A stretch of DNA of 25,802 nt from IMG/VR virus record IMGVR_UViG_3300043294_000406; one strand, given 5' to 3'. The notes beneath the pieces were generated by a model. That model was not told the DNA's origin. It did no database searches and worked only from the letters and a program-made list of their open reading frames with translations. Within the stretch, counting starts at the first letter, position 1; each line of letters begins with the position of its first letter. The stretch is from a virus. The position numbers and the translations under genes were made by a program. Below, piece after piece: positions 1-8,584 of the stretch.

Positions 1-21
1 TTTCAGAATAATAAAGATTGG

Positions 22-1704
22 TTGATATCATCGTATATACGACTCCGAGTCCCTAACGAGCGAACCCACCAACCGACCTTACACAGCGAGAAGAATTTCG
101 GATATCAACCGATAACTCTCCAGAACCCCTGGGCGAAGCACATCTGCCAGAGCGTTGAGTCGGTCAATCCCAGGGAGGTCGTCCCCGAGGGACATCTGCA
201 GATCCTTGTTGCAAGCCCCGAGTGCCAGCATTTCAGCAGGGCGGCAGGGGGACGGCCGAAGCTGGACCAGCGACGCGCCTCGGCGTGGCAGGTCCTCCGC
301 TGGCTGGAGCTCTTGGAGGTCGACTCGTTGCTCGTGGAGAACGTGGTCGAGTTCGCCGACTGGGGTCCGCTGGACGCGAGGGGGCACCCGCTGAGGTCCA
401 AGAAGGGGGAGACGTTCAAGGCGTGGGTCAGCGCGATAAGGAGCCTGAATTACAACGCCGACCACAGGATCCTGAACGCGGCGGACTATGGCTCTCCCAC
501 CTCGAGGAAGCGCCTGTTTGTCGCGGCGAGGAAGGGGAGGAAGGCCGTGGTCTGGCCCGAGCCGACCCACAGCAAGAAGGGAGACAGCAAGCCGAAGTGG
601 AGGGCAGCGAGGGAGATAATCGACTGGTCCTTGAAGGGCCAGAGCATCTTCCACAGGAAGCGCCCGCTCTCCCCGAACACGACGCGCCGCATCATAGAGG
701 GGCTGAAACGGTTCGGAGGCAGGGAATTGCAGCCGTTCATCGTCCAGATGGAGCACGGCGGGGGAGTCGACGGCATAGACGTCCCCCTCCGCACGATCAC
801 CGGGACGAGGGGCGGGGCAGCGGCCCTGGTGGACCCGTTCATCCTCAGCCAGGCCAGCGGCGGAGCCCCGAGATCGGTCGACGACCCGGTCTCGACCATA
901 GTCTCTGACGGAGCTCATGCCTTGGTGGAGCCCTTCATCGTCCCATTCTTCGGCGAGCGCGACGGGCAAGACCCCAGGGTACAGTCGACGGAGGAGCCTC
1001 TCGCGGCGGTCACGAGCCACGGTGCCGGCGGACTCGTGGAGCCGTACATCGTCAGGTTCAACGGGACGGAGGACGCGGCTTCCGAGGACTCGAAGAGGGC
1101 CTGGAGGAACAGCGGCAAGTCAGTGGATGATCCACTCCCTGCGGTCACCGGTCGGCCGAGGTTCGGGCTGGCGGAACCGTTCCTGCTCCCGGTCAGGGGG
1201 TTCTTCGGCCAGAACACCGCGAAGAGCGTGGACGATCCTTTGGGGACCGTGACCCAGCGGGGCTATGGGGGCGTCGTGGAGCCCTTCATCTTAAGCCAGG
1301 GAAGCAACGGCGCTCCCCGTTCTGTCGAGGAGCCGGTCCCCGCGATCCTGACGGCGGGGAAGCATGCTCTGATAGAATCATGCCTCGTCAAGTACAATGG
1401 GAGGAGCGTCGCCCAGAGCATCGATGTGCCGCTGGGGACAATCTCGACGCATGACCGGTTCGGCTTGGTACAGCCGGTGGTCGACGGAAAGGTCCTCGAC
1501 ATTAGGTTCCGGATGCTGCAGCCGTGTGAGCTCGCCGGTGCGATGGGCTTCCCGAAGTCATACATCTTCAGCGGACCGAAGACTGACGTCGTGAAGCAGA
1601 TCGGCAACGCCGTGGCCGTCGACGTCGCAAGGGCGCTCTGCAGGTCTCTCCTCGACGGAAAGAACCACCACACCATGATTCTTGCGGAGGGCGTCGCCGC
1701 ATGA
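22..1704 (+). CDS. C5 cytosine DNA methyltransferase, phage type, with about 7 internal repeats; N-terminal motif I is missing in this window
   Basis: Motif IV SPECQHFS, motif VI LLVENVVEF, motif VIII LNAADYGSPTSRKRLF, motif IX RMLQPCELAGAMGFP and motif X KQIGNAV are present. Homology begins only near nt 121-130 (NPWAKHICQS), and there is no FxGxGG upstream. Confidence 0.92.
   Translation: MISSYIRLRVPNERTHQPTLHSEKNFGYQPITLQNPWAKHICQSVESVNPREVVPEGHLQILVASPECQHFSRAAGGRPKLDQRRASAWQVLRWLELLEVDSLLVENVVEFADWGPLDARGHPLRSKKGETFKAWVSAIRSLNYNADHRILNAADYGSPTSRKRLFVAARKGRKAVVWPEPTHSKKGDSKPKWRAAREIIDWSLKGQSIFHRKRPLSPNTTRRIIEGLKRFGGRELQPFIVQMEHGGGVDGIDVPLRTITGTRGGAAALVDPFILSQASGGAPRSVDDPVSTIVSDGAHALVEPFIVPFFGERDGQDPRVQSTEEPLAAVTSHGAGGLVEPYIVRFNGTEDAASEDSKRAWRNSGKSVDDPLPAVTGRPRFGLAEPFLLPVRGFFGQNTAKSVDDPLGTVTQRGYGGVVEPFILSQGSNGAPRSVEEPVPAILTAGKHALIESCLVKYNGRSVAQSIDVPLGTISTHDRFGLVQPVVDGKVLDIRFRMLQPCELAGAMGFPKSYIFSGPKTDVVKQIGNAVAVDVARALCRSLLDGKNHHTMILAEGVAA
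730..1470 (+). repeat. Seven degenerate ~32-45 aa repeats in the MTase variable (target-recognition) region
   Basis: Units of the form (E/D/Q)PF(I/L)...(R/K)SV(D/E)(D/E)P(L/V)x(T/A)(I/V)T...(A/G)LV, e.g. DPFILSQASGGAPRSVDDPVSTIVSDGAHALV and EPFILSQGSNGAPRSVEEPVPAILTAGKHALI. Confidence 0.85.
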
Positions 1705-2054
1705 CCGAAGAGGCCCAGCTGGCGGACGCCGAGGCGAACTACCTCGAGGAGATCGCGAGGATGCTCCAGAAGAGAGCCAAAGACGTCAGGGAGGTAGGCC
1801 AGCAGATCGCAAAGGAGGCGAAGGCCAACGACCTGGTCGCCACGCTTGAGGGCCTTCCGTTCAGGGTCGCCGCGTCTGGGAAGTGCGACTGGGTGCCTGT
1901 CGAGATGGTCTCTCCGAAAGTCCCTTCCCTCTTCGACCAGTTGGGGGACTACCGGACGGACAAATGGCACTACAAACTGATGAAGGACGGGAACATATTG
2001 AGGTTCCCCCGCAAGCAACCGACCGAGGAGAAGGAGGCCGGGACCCCTGGGTAG
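1701..2054 (+). CDS. Hypothetical protein, 117 aa, with N-terminal helical/coiled-coil region
   Basis: ATGA overlap with the MTase stop; GC3-rich codons like its neighbours. Confidence 0.8.
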   Translation: MTEEAQLADAEANYLEEIARMLQKRAKDVREVGQQIAKEAKANDLVATLEGLPFRVAASGKCDWVPVEMVSPKVPSLFDQLGDYRTDKWHYKLMKDGNILRFPRKQPTEEKEAGTPG

Positions 2055-2892
2055 AGAGACCGCGATCAGCTGGGCCGACGCGACGTGGAATCCCGTCTGG
2101 GGCTGCGACGAGGTCTCGCCCGGCTGCCAGAAGTGCTACGCCCGGAGGATTGCCCGGAACGTCGCCACCCTCCAGCATCCCGGACATGGGAGCATGTGGC
2201 GGAAGGCCTACGCGCACGCCTTCGACCTCAGGCTCATACCCGGCAGGCTCGGGGAGCCCCTGAAGTGGAAGACCCCGAAGATGGTCTTCGTGAACTCGAT
2301 GAGCGACCTCTTCCATCCTAAGGTACCGGACGAGTACATCGGCCAAGTCTTCGAGATCATGGAGAGAGCCGACTGGCACCAGTACCAGATCCTGACGAAG
2401 CGCCCGGAGAGGATGGCGGACTGGGTCGCGAAGTTCAGGAGCAAGGGGGTGGCTGGGCACGTCTGGCTCGGGACCAGCATCGAGCTGGAGATGTACCTCG
2501 GCCGCCTCGAGCCCCTGTTCCGCACGGACGCGAAGGTGAAGTTCGCCAGCTTCGAGCCCCTCCTTGGCAGGATCAGCGGGGAGGCGCTTCGGGTCCCACT
2601 GTGCGGGCTGTCCTGGGCCATCACTGGCGGCGAGTCGGACCTTCGCGCCCCGAGGCCTGCCGACCCCGAGTGGTTCAGGGAGATCCGGGACGCCTGCTTC
2701 GCGGGAGGGGTCCCGTACCACCACAAGCAGAACGGCGGGAAGGGGAAGTGCGCCTGTCATGGCGCCTGGGGTTGCCGGCTGCTTGATGGCAAGGTCTACG
2801 ACGCCTTCCCCGAGGGATCAAAGGCGGCGAGGCTGGCAACGGCCGCGGTTTCACCCGGGCCCAAGACGCCCACCCTGGAGGAGTTCGCGTAG
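2047..2892 (+). CDS. DUF5131 / phage Gp37-Gp68 family protein (three-Cys, radical-SAM-like), probable CTG start
   Basis: The frame of the 2194 ORF extends upstream as (L)GRETAISWADATWNPVWGCDEVSPGCQKCYARR, the typical family N-terminus. It also has FVNSMSDLFH, YQILTKRPER, SFEPLLG and WAITGGES. AAGGAGG lies at 2031-2037. Confidence 0.9.
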   Translation: MGRETAISWADATWNPVWGCDEVSPGCQKCYARRIARNVATLQHPGHGSMWRKAYAHAFDLRLIPGRLGEPLKWKTPKMVFVNSMSDLFHPKVPDEYIGQVFEIMERADWHQYQILTKRPERMADWVAKFRSKGVAGHVWLGTSIELEMYLGRLEPLFRTDAKVKFASFEPLLGRISGEALRVPLCGLSWAITGGESDLRAPRPADPEWFREIRDACFAGGVPYHHKQNGGKGKCACHGAWGCRLLDGKVYDAFPEGSKAARLATAAVSPGPKTPTLEEFA

Positions 2893-3098
2893 TGGAGGAC
2901 GAGGAGCTCGACGCGCTGGAGGAGCTCCTGAAGGAGGAACGGGATAAGCAGGACAGGGAGAAGGCCGAAACACCTAAGGAGAAGAAGCCCAGAGATGAGC
3001 AGGTTGGGGCCGGTATGGCGAAGTTCATCGAAGGTACGGCGTTTGGGGTCGTTCTGATGGTCGCGGTCGTCGCGCTGATTCATCTTGGAATCCTCTGA
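2892..3098 (+). CDS. Small membrane protein, 68 aa: charged N-terminus, C-terminal TM; N-terminus paralogous to the 18101 ORF
   Basis: GTG start overlaps the previous TAG (TAGTG). The C-terminus FGVVLMVAVVALIHLGIL is hydrophobic. Confidence 0.8.
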   Translation: MEDEELDALEELLKEERDKQDREKAETPKEKKPRDEQVGAGMAKFIEGTAFGVVLMVAVVALIHLGIL

Positions 3099-3197
3099 GC
3101 GAATCGAGCCGGAATCGTTCTCCCTTGGCCGTACAGACTTTCAAAGGATGCCGATAAGTTATTCAGACGCGGATTCCTACCCTCTGGGCGGATTATC

Positions 3198-3695
3198 TTG
3201 AGGGTCAAACCGCGCCTCGTGCTGGCGTTCTCCCTGCTAGGCGCTGCGACGGTCTTCGCGGTTGCGTACTTCGTCTTCGTCTACTTCAACGTGGCATTCA
3301 CCGCCTTCCATTCAGACTTCACCAGGGCGTTTCTCGTCAATCACACCTTTGGCAACGTAGGCATGGCTTCCTTCGTTTTCTATTCACTGGCCTGCCTCTC
3401 CCTCTTTTGCTTCGGCGTCATCCGTGGCTGGAGCTTGTCGCGGTCGGTCCTGGTCGCCGCGCTCGTCTTTGGATTCCCTGCGGTGATGGTCCTGACCTAC
3501 GGCCTGCTTTGGTTCGCCCCGACCCAGATGAACCTCCACGTCACGAATTTTGCCGCGTGGTCCTACCCCGGAGGTTGCTTCTACGGCCAAGCCTGCTATT
3601 ACCTCAGTAATTGGGTCGTCCTAAGAATCGCTACCGTCTCTGAAGCCATCGCCGTCTGCGGCCTCTTCCTTCGCTCTCTGGGTGGCTCTTGGTGA
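3198..3695 (+). CDS. Integral membrane protein, 165 aa, about 4 TM segments
   Basis: Four hydrophobic stretches. The stop overlaps the next gene's GTG (GTGA). Confidence 0.7.
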   Translation: MRVKPRLVLAFSLLGAATVFAVAYFVFVYFNVAFTAFHSDFTRAFLVNHTFGNVGMASFVFYSLACLSLFCFGVIRGWSLSRSVLVAALVFGFPAVMVLTYGLLWFAPTQMNLHVTNFAAWSYPGGCFYGQACYYLSNWVVLRIATVSEAIAVCGLFLRSLGGSW

Positions 3696-6600
3696 ATCCT
3701 CGCTCCCTCTTGTGGTCTTTGTTGCTGCTTGCGATCTTCCTGGCTGTCTTGCCGTCAGTACACTCGGCCTTTGCGACTTCGACCAAGGTTCAGGACTGCC
3801 ATAATGCGGGGAGTGGTGCGACTCTGACTTGCGCTCTGGCCTCTGCGGTCACGAACGGCGATCTGCTGGTTTGCGGCCCAGGGGCCGAGTACAGTTCCGC
3901 GCCCACCTTTTCGGTGACGGATAGCATAGGGACCACTTGGGTGACTCAGTCAAGTTCCTCTCAGAGCTCCGCGTCTGGGTCGAATACCGGCTACATCTAC
4001 GAGTCCACGACGATAACGACCGGGGGGGCCAGTGATACGATCACCATACACTTCACTGCCTCGGTCCATTCGTCTGAAGTGAATTGTGCGGAGTTCACCG
4101 GCGTCTCTTCAGCCACCGCAGCTGGTTCCGCCACTCCAGGCGGTGCCACTACAGGCATAGGCTCGACGTACACGGTCCCTGTCACTTCGTACACCCCTGT
4201 CACTGGCGACTTGGTAATCGCCATCGCCTTCACGCCCAGCTGCGTCAATGTCGGCACGTTCGCCGCACCCTCGGGTTGGACGGGGTATCTCACCCTGTCT
4301 GCTGGCGCGACCGGCTCTAACACGAATTGCGATAATCCAGGCGATGATCCAGACGTCACTAACGTCGCGTTCGCGTACTTCCTGAGCTATTCATCAGGCT
4401 CGACTACCTGCGCCGGCACGGTCACACCACAGACCAAGTTTGTGACTTCGCACACCGACAAGTACGTTTCTGTCTGTTCGTACTATACCGCCGTCGTCAG
4501 CGTCACCTACCACCTGAAGCTGCATGTCATGGAGAACGGCGCGACCATCTCGACCGCGTTCGTCTTTAGCGGTAGCTGCAACGTGAACGATTCCACGATC
4601 TCGGGGAATAACGTGATCCACGGCATCACCGCTGTCGCCAGTTGCACCCCCACTATCACCGTTCAGGCTGACGGCACATACACCCGCTATCGGTTCAACA
4701 GCTCTTCCGCGTCTGCCACTACCGCAACCTTCACGACCTGCCCGTCGGGCACCTGCACGGTCATCCTCGTTCTGGACTACTACTTTGAAACGGCCCACGT
4801 CATAGACGCGAGTGTGGCGAACGGCTATAATTTCGCCACTAGCATTACCGGCCTCACTCTGACGACGACTCTAGCAGGGACAGCTGGCGCGGCGCTCTGT
4901 TCGCTTTCATTCACCGTCGCTGCCACCGACTACTGCGGCAGCTCTTCGACGTACTACTTCACCGACTACGCCGCGACGATTTCAGGCTATACGAACCCGC
5001 TTACCTGGACCGGCCACACGACCGACGCCTACCAGTTTAACACCTGTTCGCCTGTCACGACCGGCAGCCACGACACCATAGGCTGCCCGTATTATTACGT
5101 CCTGTACAACACGCCCTCTGCAGCTGTGTCTCAGGGTGGGAGCTATCGTTTCGCCACTCAACTGACGGCTGTGACTGTCACCGTCACTCTGTACGGTTCG
5201 ACAGGTCAGACGGGTTGCACGATCACTTTCACCGTCGCCGTAAGTGATTCTTGCGTCTCACCCATCTGGGCTGACGCTAACACGGTCTTGGGTGGCTTCC
5301 CTTCCACGCTCAGCAACCCGCCATCCGGTTATGCCTATTCCAAGGGCACCTGCGACACCGCAGAGACTACTGGCGGCAACACTCAGATTTGTTATTACAT
5401 CGAACAGTACGCCTTCACCGCTGAGATCACATACAATCCTAGCGGCAACTTCCCGTCTGGTTTGTCAGTGATTCCGACCGGTCAGTTGGGCGGTTCTTCT
5501 GGTCAGAACCTCTGCACGGTCACCACCTCCGATTCTCACACGGCTATCCATTCGTGTACGATTGATGCCGGTTCCGTCGCTACGTTCGCAGCGACATTGA
5601 CCGGCTCGGCCACAAATGTGAAGCTCTGTCGCGCCAGCTCTTGCTCCTCGCCCACAACCGTCACTCCGTCTGCTGGCGGCACTTCGAACGTGAACTATTG
5701 GCCTGAAATGAGTCAGACCTTCAAGGCGTTCACCGTGAACGGCGTATGGAATGATTTGAGCTTCACCGTCCTAGGCACCGTGTTCGGTACTCCGAGCACG
5801 ACGGTCTGCACGGGCTTCGGATGGGCGGGGAATGTCTCCACCTTCTGCTCTGGCGCTGCCGATAACGGCACCACTCTGTATGTCGTAAGGGATATCATCT
5901 TCGGCGGTCTGCCTCCCCCTCATCAGAAGTGGGTCGGGTGCCTTTCAGGTACGAACTGTGTGGTCGCTGTCCCCATCACCGCAGGGAACGTCTTCAATCT
6001 GTATTTCTACGCCGAGTACTCGAACACCTTCACGGCTACGCCCAGCGCGAATTGGGATGCTGGCCGCAACGTGAGCCTTTCGGCTATGATTCACGGTCAG
6101 CAGGTCATCCCTGGCGGTTGCTCTTGGATTCCGAGTGCTGGCACGAGCACCGCCTTGTACTGCACGGTCTATACCGATGTCAACTATGTCGTTGGCTGCC
6201 CCGACTCGAATATAGTCTCTGGCACGGTCTGGTCCTCTGGCGAGTGGGTTTCCGTGAAGATCACTACGGTCGATGGTTCATACGGCTGCACCTACACCTT
6301 GCTCGCAGCGACTTCGACCACCACAACCTCAACCTCAACGGTCACATCGACGACTACAACGAGCACATCCTTGAGTTTTACAACTACGACATCGACAACC
6401 CAGACCCAGACACAGACTGAAACATCTCATACAACGACGACCGAAACAAGTTCTACGACCACCACTACTACGAAGCCGACGACGACCACAGAGTCCCTGA
6501 CCTACACCACCACTGAGAGCACGACCCTGACTCAGACACAGACTCAGACGCTCACGCAGAATTTCACGTCCACCTTCACTACCGTCCAGACGACGACCGA

Positions 6601-7912
6601 GAATGTCACTTCCAGTTTCACTACGACGCAGAACCAGACCCTGACCACGACTAGGACGACCACGTTCCCGACGACGCTCACGCAGACCCTCACGTCCACG
6701 GCGACCTATCCGACCACGATAACTCAGACCCATACCCTCACTTCGATGATAGCCACTGGGACGAAGACGATCACAAAAGCAAAGACCACGACCGAGTACA
6801 CCAACTCCACTTCGACAGGAGTCCTTCCGCCGTTCGACCCTCAGAACAACCGATACATCCCCGTCGGGACCGTCCTCTATCTCTGGTACGGCATGAACGA
6901 GACTTCATGGAAATGGACGGGTGGTCTTGGGACTTCGCATTGGAACGACACGAACCAGGGCATAGTCGTCGATACGCCGGACATCGGCTACTACGCCAGC
7001 CTGGACAACAACACCCTGGCCTGGCAGCTTTCCAACATGAAGAGCGCCGGGATCTCTGTCATAATCGCGTCCTGGTGGGGCATGGGCAACAACACGTCGG
7101 GGTCCAACCAGAGGCTTGACGAGGGGATCAACAACGCCACCCTGAACCTCTTCCGCTATGTGGAGTCCACGAAGAACCTCTGGAACTTCAGGATCGCGGT
7201 GATGGTCGAGCCCTTCAACACCACGGACCTGACAGCCGCCGATTACACGAACCTCTACAACTACGTGCAGAACACCTTCTATCGCCCCTTCAACGACATC
7301 GTCTTCTACAAGGACGGGAAGCCCCTGCTCCTGTCCTTCAACCCCAACTACCTTCCTTCCCTCCCAGCCGCCTCGGTCTTCACCTACAGGTCCGTGGGCG
7401 GGGTCCCCAACCCGGTCGACTGGTACTTCTGGGAGGGCGGAAGCTACAACGACTCCTCCGGGGGGACGGCCCAGATCCAGAACTACGAGTACGCCCCTGG
7501 GATCTCCGGGGACGGCGAGGTGGGCGCGCTCTGGCGCTACGACGACTATTACCTCTACGCGGCAGGAGGCAGGAGCGGGTACATGCGGTTCGACGTGACC
7601 GGTTCGCAGGGCATGTACAACTACGAATGGAACTACATAATCGCGCACAGGTCGGACGTGAAGTTCGTCCTCCTCTACGGCTGGAACGAGTATCACGAGA
7701 GGGTGGCCCTCGAGCCGCACGATGACCTGACGGTGGGAGGCTTCAGCGGGGTCGGGAACACAGGATACTACGTAGATACGCTGGAGAACACGCCGGACGT
7801 CGTGCCTGGCCAGCCTGGGACCGTGAACAGCTTCGCCTACTATATGGCAGGGGTTGTGGTCGTTCTCGCCATAGTTCTGGCGATCTTCGCCTACATGAGA
7901 AGGTTCAAATGA
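3692..7912 (+). CDS. Large membrane-anchored spike/adhesin (~1406 aa): signal peptide, Cys/Thr-rich beta domains, Thr-rich stalk, GH99-like endo-alpha-mannanase domain, C-terminal TM
   Basis: N-terminal hydrophobic signal ending VHSA|FA; Thr-rich stalk at ~6310-6815. GH99/GH71-like motifs LYLWYG, TPDIGYYASLD, AGISVIIASWWG, IAVMVEPF and GWNEYHE lie at ~6854-7790. The C-terminal TM is followed by RRFK. Many N-x-S/T sequons. TTG at 3689 is an alternative start. Confidence 0.85.
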   Translation: MNPRSLLWSLLLLAIFLAVLPSVHSAFATSTKVQDCHNAGSGATLTCALASAVTNGDLLVCGPGAEYSSAPTFSVTDSIGTTWVTQSSSSQSSASGSNTGYIYESTTITTGGASDTITIHFTASVHSSEVNCAEFTGVSSATAAGSATPGGATTGIGSTYTVPVTSYTPVTGDLVIAIAFTPSCVNVGTFAAPSGWTGYLTLSAGATGSNTNCDNPGDDPDVTNVAFAYFLSYSSGSTTCAGTVTPQTKFVTSHTDKYVSVCSYYTAVVSVTYHLKLHVMENGATISTAFVFSGSCNVNDSTISGNNVIHGITAVASCTPTITVQADGTYTRYRFNSSSASATTATFTTCPSGTCTVILVLDYYFETAHVIDASVANGYNFATSITGLTLTTTLAGTAGAALCSLSFTVAATDYCGSSSTYYFTDYAATISGYTNPLTWTGHTTDAYQFNTCSPVTTGSHDTIGCPYYYVLYNTPSAAVSQGGSYRFATQLTAVTVTVTLYGSTGQTGCTITFTVAVSDSCVSPIWADANTVLGGFPSTLSNPPSGYAYSKGTCDTAETTGGNTQICYYIEQYAFTAEITYNPSGNFPSGLSVIPTGQLGGSSGQNLCTVTTSDSHTAIHSCTIDAGSVATFAATLTGSATNVKLCRASSCSSPTTVTPSAGGTSNVNYWPEMSQTFKAFTVNGVWNDLSFTVLGTVFGTPSTTVCTGFGWAGNVSTFCSGAADNGTTLYVVRDIIFGGLPPPHQKWVGCLSGTNCVVAVPITAGNVFNLYFYAEYSNTFTATPSANWDAGRNVSLSAMIHGQQVIPGGCSWIPSAGTSTALYCTVYTDVNYVVGCPDSNIVSGTVWSSGEWVSVKITTVDGSYGCTYTLLAATSTTTTSTSTVTSTTTTSTSLSFTTTTSTTQTQTQTETSHTTTTETSSTTTTTTKPTTTTESLTYTTTESTTLTQTQTQTLTQNFTSTFTTVQTTTENVTSSFTTTQNQTLTTTRTTTFPTTLTQTLTSTATYPTTITQTHTLTSMIATGTKTITKAKTTTEYTNSTSTGVLPPFDPQNNRYIPVGTVLYLWYGMNETSWKWTGGLGTSHWNDTNQGIVVDTPDIGYYASLDNNTLAWQLSNMKSAGISVIIASWWGMGNNTSGSNQRLDEGINNATLNLFRYVESTKNLWNFRIAVMVEPFNTTDLTAADYTNLYNYVQNTFYRPFNDIVFYKDGKPLLLSFNPNYLPSLPAASVFTYRSVGGVPNPVDWYFWEGGSYNDSSGGTAQIQNYEYAPGISGDGEVGALWRYDDYYLYAAGGRSGYMRFDVTGSQGMYNYEWNYIIAHRSDVKFVLLYGWNEYHERVALEPHDDLTVGGFSGVGNTGYYVDTLENTPDVVPGQPGTVNSFAYYMAGVVVVLAIVLAIFAYMRRFK

Positions 7913-7933
7913 AGGGGAGGCCAGACTGAGGGC

Positions 7934-8200
7934 GTGCGGATAATCGGGACTTACATACGGCTCAGCGACGGCCAGAAGGTCGACGTCGAAGAGAAGGGGG
8001 GCAACAGGGTCAAAGTCCTGCTCCTGTTCGGCGCGAAGACCCGGAAATACGCGAACAAGGAGCATAAGGTCCTCCACGTGGCGACCGACGATATGACGAT
8101 CTATTCCGAGTTCAAAACGAATTATCCGACCATGAACTTGGACCTGATCGAGACGGAAGAGGAGAAGGCAGAGGCAGCCCCAGCGGTGAGCCAGCCTTGA
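7934..8200 (+). CDS. Hypothetical soluble protein, 88 aa
   Basis: GTG start, GC3-rich codons; the stop overlaps the next TTG (TTGA). Confidence 0.75.
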   Translation: MRIIGTYIRLSDGQKVDVEEKGGNRVKVLLLFGAKTRKYANKEHKVLHVATDDMTIYSEFKTNYPTMNLDLIETEEEKAEAAPAVSQP

Positions 8201-8340
8201 TCCCGGAGGCGGCGAAAGCAGCCCTCGACATGGGGATACTGTCCAATCCTATCGAGTTCGCGGAGGCCATCTCGCTTTCAGGGATCGCCATCATCTTCGG
8301 GTACTTCGTGTTCAAGGTCATCTACGACTATGTGAAGTAG
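8197..8340 (+). CDS. 47-aa single-TM protein, candidate minor virion protein (not in ORF track)
   Basis: Translates as MIPEAAKAALDMGILSNPIEFAEAISLSGIAIIFGYFVFKVIYDYVK*; TTGA overlap with the upstream stop. Confidence 0.7.
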   Translation: MIPEAAKAALDMGILSNPIEFAEAISLSGIAIIFGYFVFKVIYDYVK

Positions 8341-8408
8341 AACAAGGCCAGAACAGCCTCCTTTCGCCGTGCGGGGAACGACTCAACCACGTGGTTGCTC
8401 GGATGCCC

Positions 8409-8414
8409 TAAATA
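8409..8414 (+). promoter_or_regulatory. TATA-like box of the candidate coat-protein gene
   Basis: TAAATA lies about 30 nt upstream of the ATG at 8443 in a 100-nt intergenic gap, consistent with a leaderless archaeal transcript. Confidence 0.5.
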
Positions 8415-8442
8415 CGGTCGCTTCCTACCATCAGAACCGAAA

Positions 8443-8562
8443 ATGACTACCAACATCGACCTAACGCCTGTGATTAACATAATCATAGCGATAGTGCCAC
8501 TGATCGTAGTCCTCGCTGTCCTTAAGATGCTAGTGGACATGTTCAAGGGCTTCAGTGTGTAG
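8443..8562 (+). CDS. 39-aa hydrophobic single-helix protein, candidate major coat protein (not in ORF track)
   Basis: Translates as MTTNIDLTPVINIIIAIVPLIVVLAVLKMLVDMFKGFSV*. It has its own TATA-like box and aligns without gaps to the C-terminus of the next protein. Confidence 0.8.
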   Translation: MTTNIDLTPVINIIIAIVPLIVVLAVLKMLVDMFKGFSV

Positions 8563-8584
8563 CCATCGAGGAGATGAGCCCGCC

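Noticed and set aside
53-123. CTAAC ... CTCTCCAG resembling a spliceosomal branch point and 3' splice site, or ...CCGAT as a group II intron end
   Set aside because: The context is prokaryotic, there is no domain V consensus, and the stem has no bulged A. It is kept only as an unexplained structured insert.
6310-6815. Thr-rich ACN-codon stretch as a DNA-level tandem repeat element
   Set aside because: Codons vary freely; it is a low-complexity protein stalk, not a discrete DNA repeat.
6905-8077. Long antisense ORFs (also 79-1020, 1263-2018, 1861-2760, 13969-15024, 15119-15721, 23272-23916)
   Set aside because: These are shadow frames opposite well-supported GC3-rich genes, and they have no motifs of their own.
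8197-8562. Readthrough fusion of the 47-aa and 39-aa ORFs (same frame, a single TAG, 34 open codons between)
   Set aside because: Thirty-four stop-free codons are unremarkable at this GC content, the intervening peptide is not protein-like, and the gap contains a TATA-like box for the 39-aa gene.
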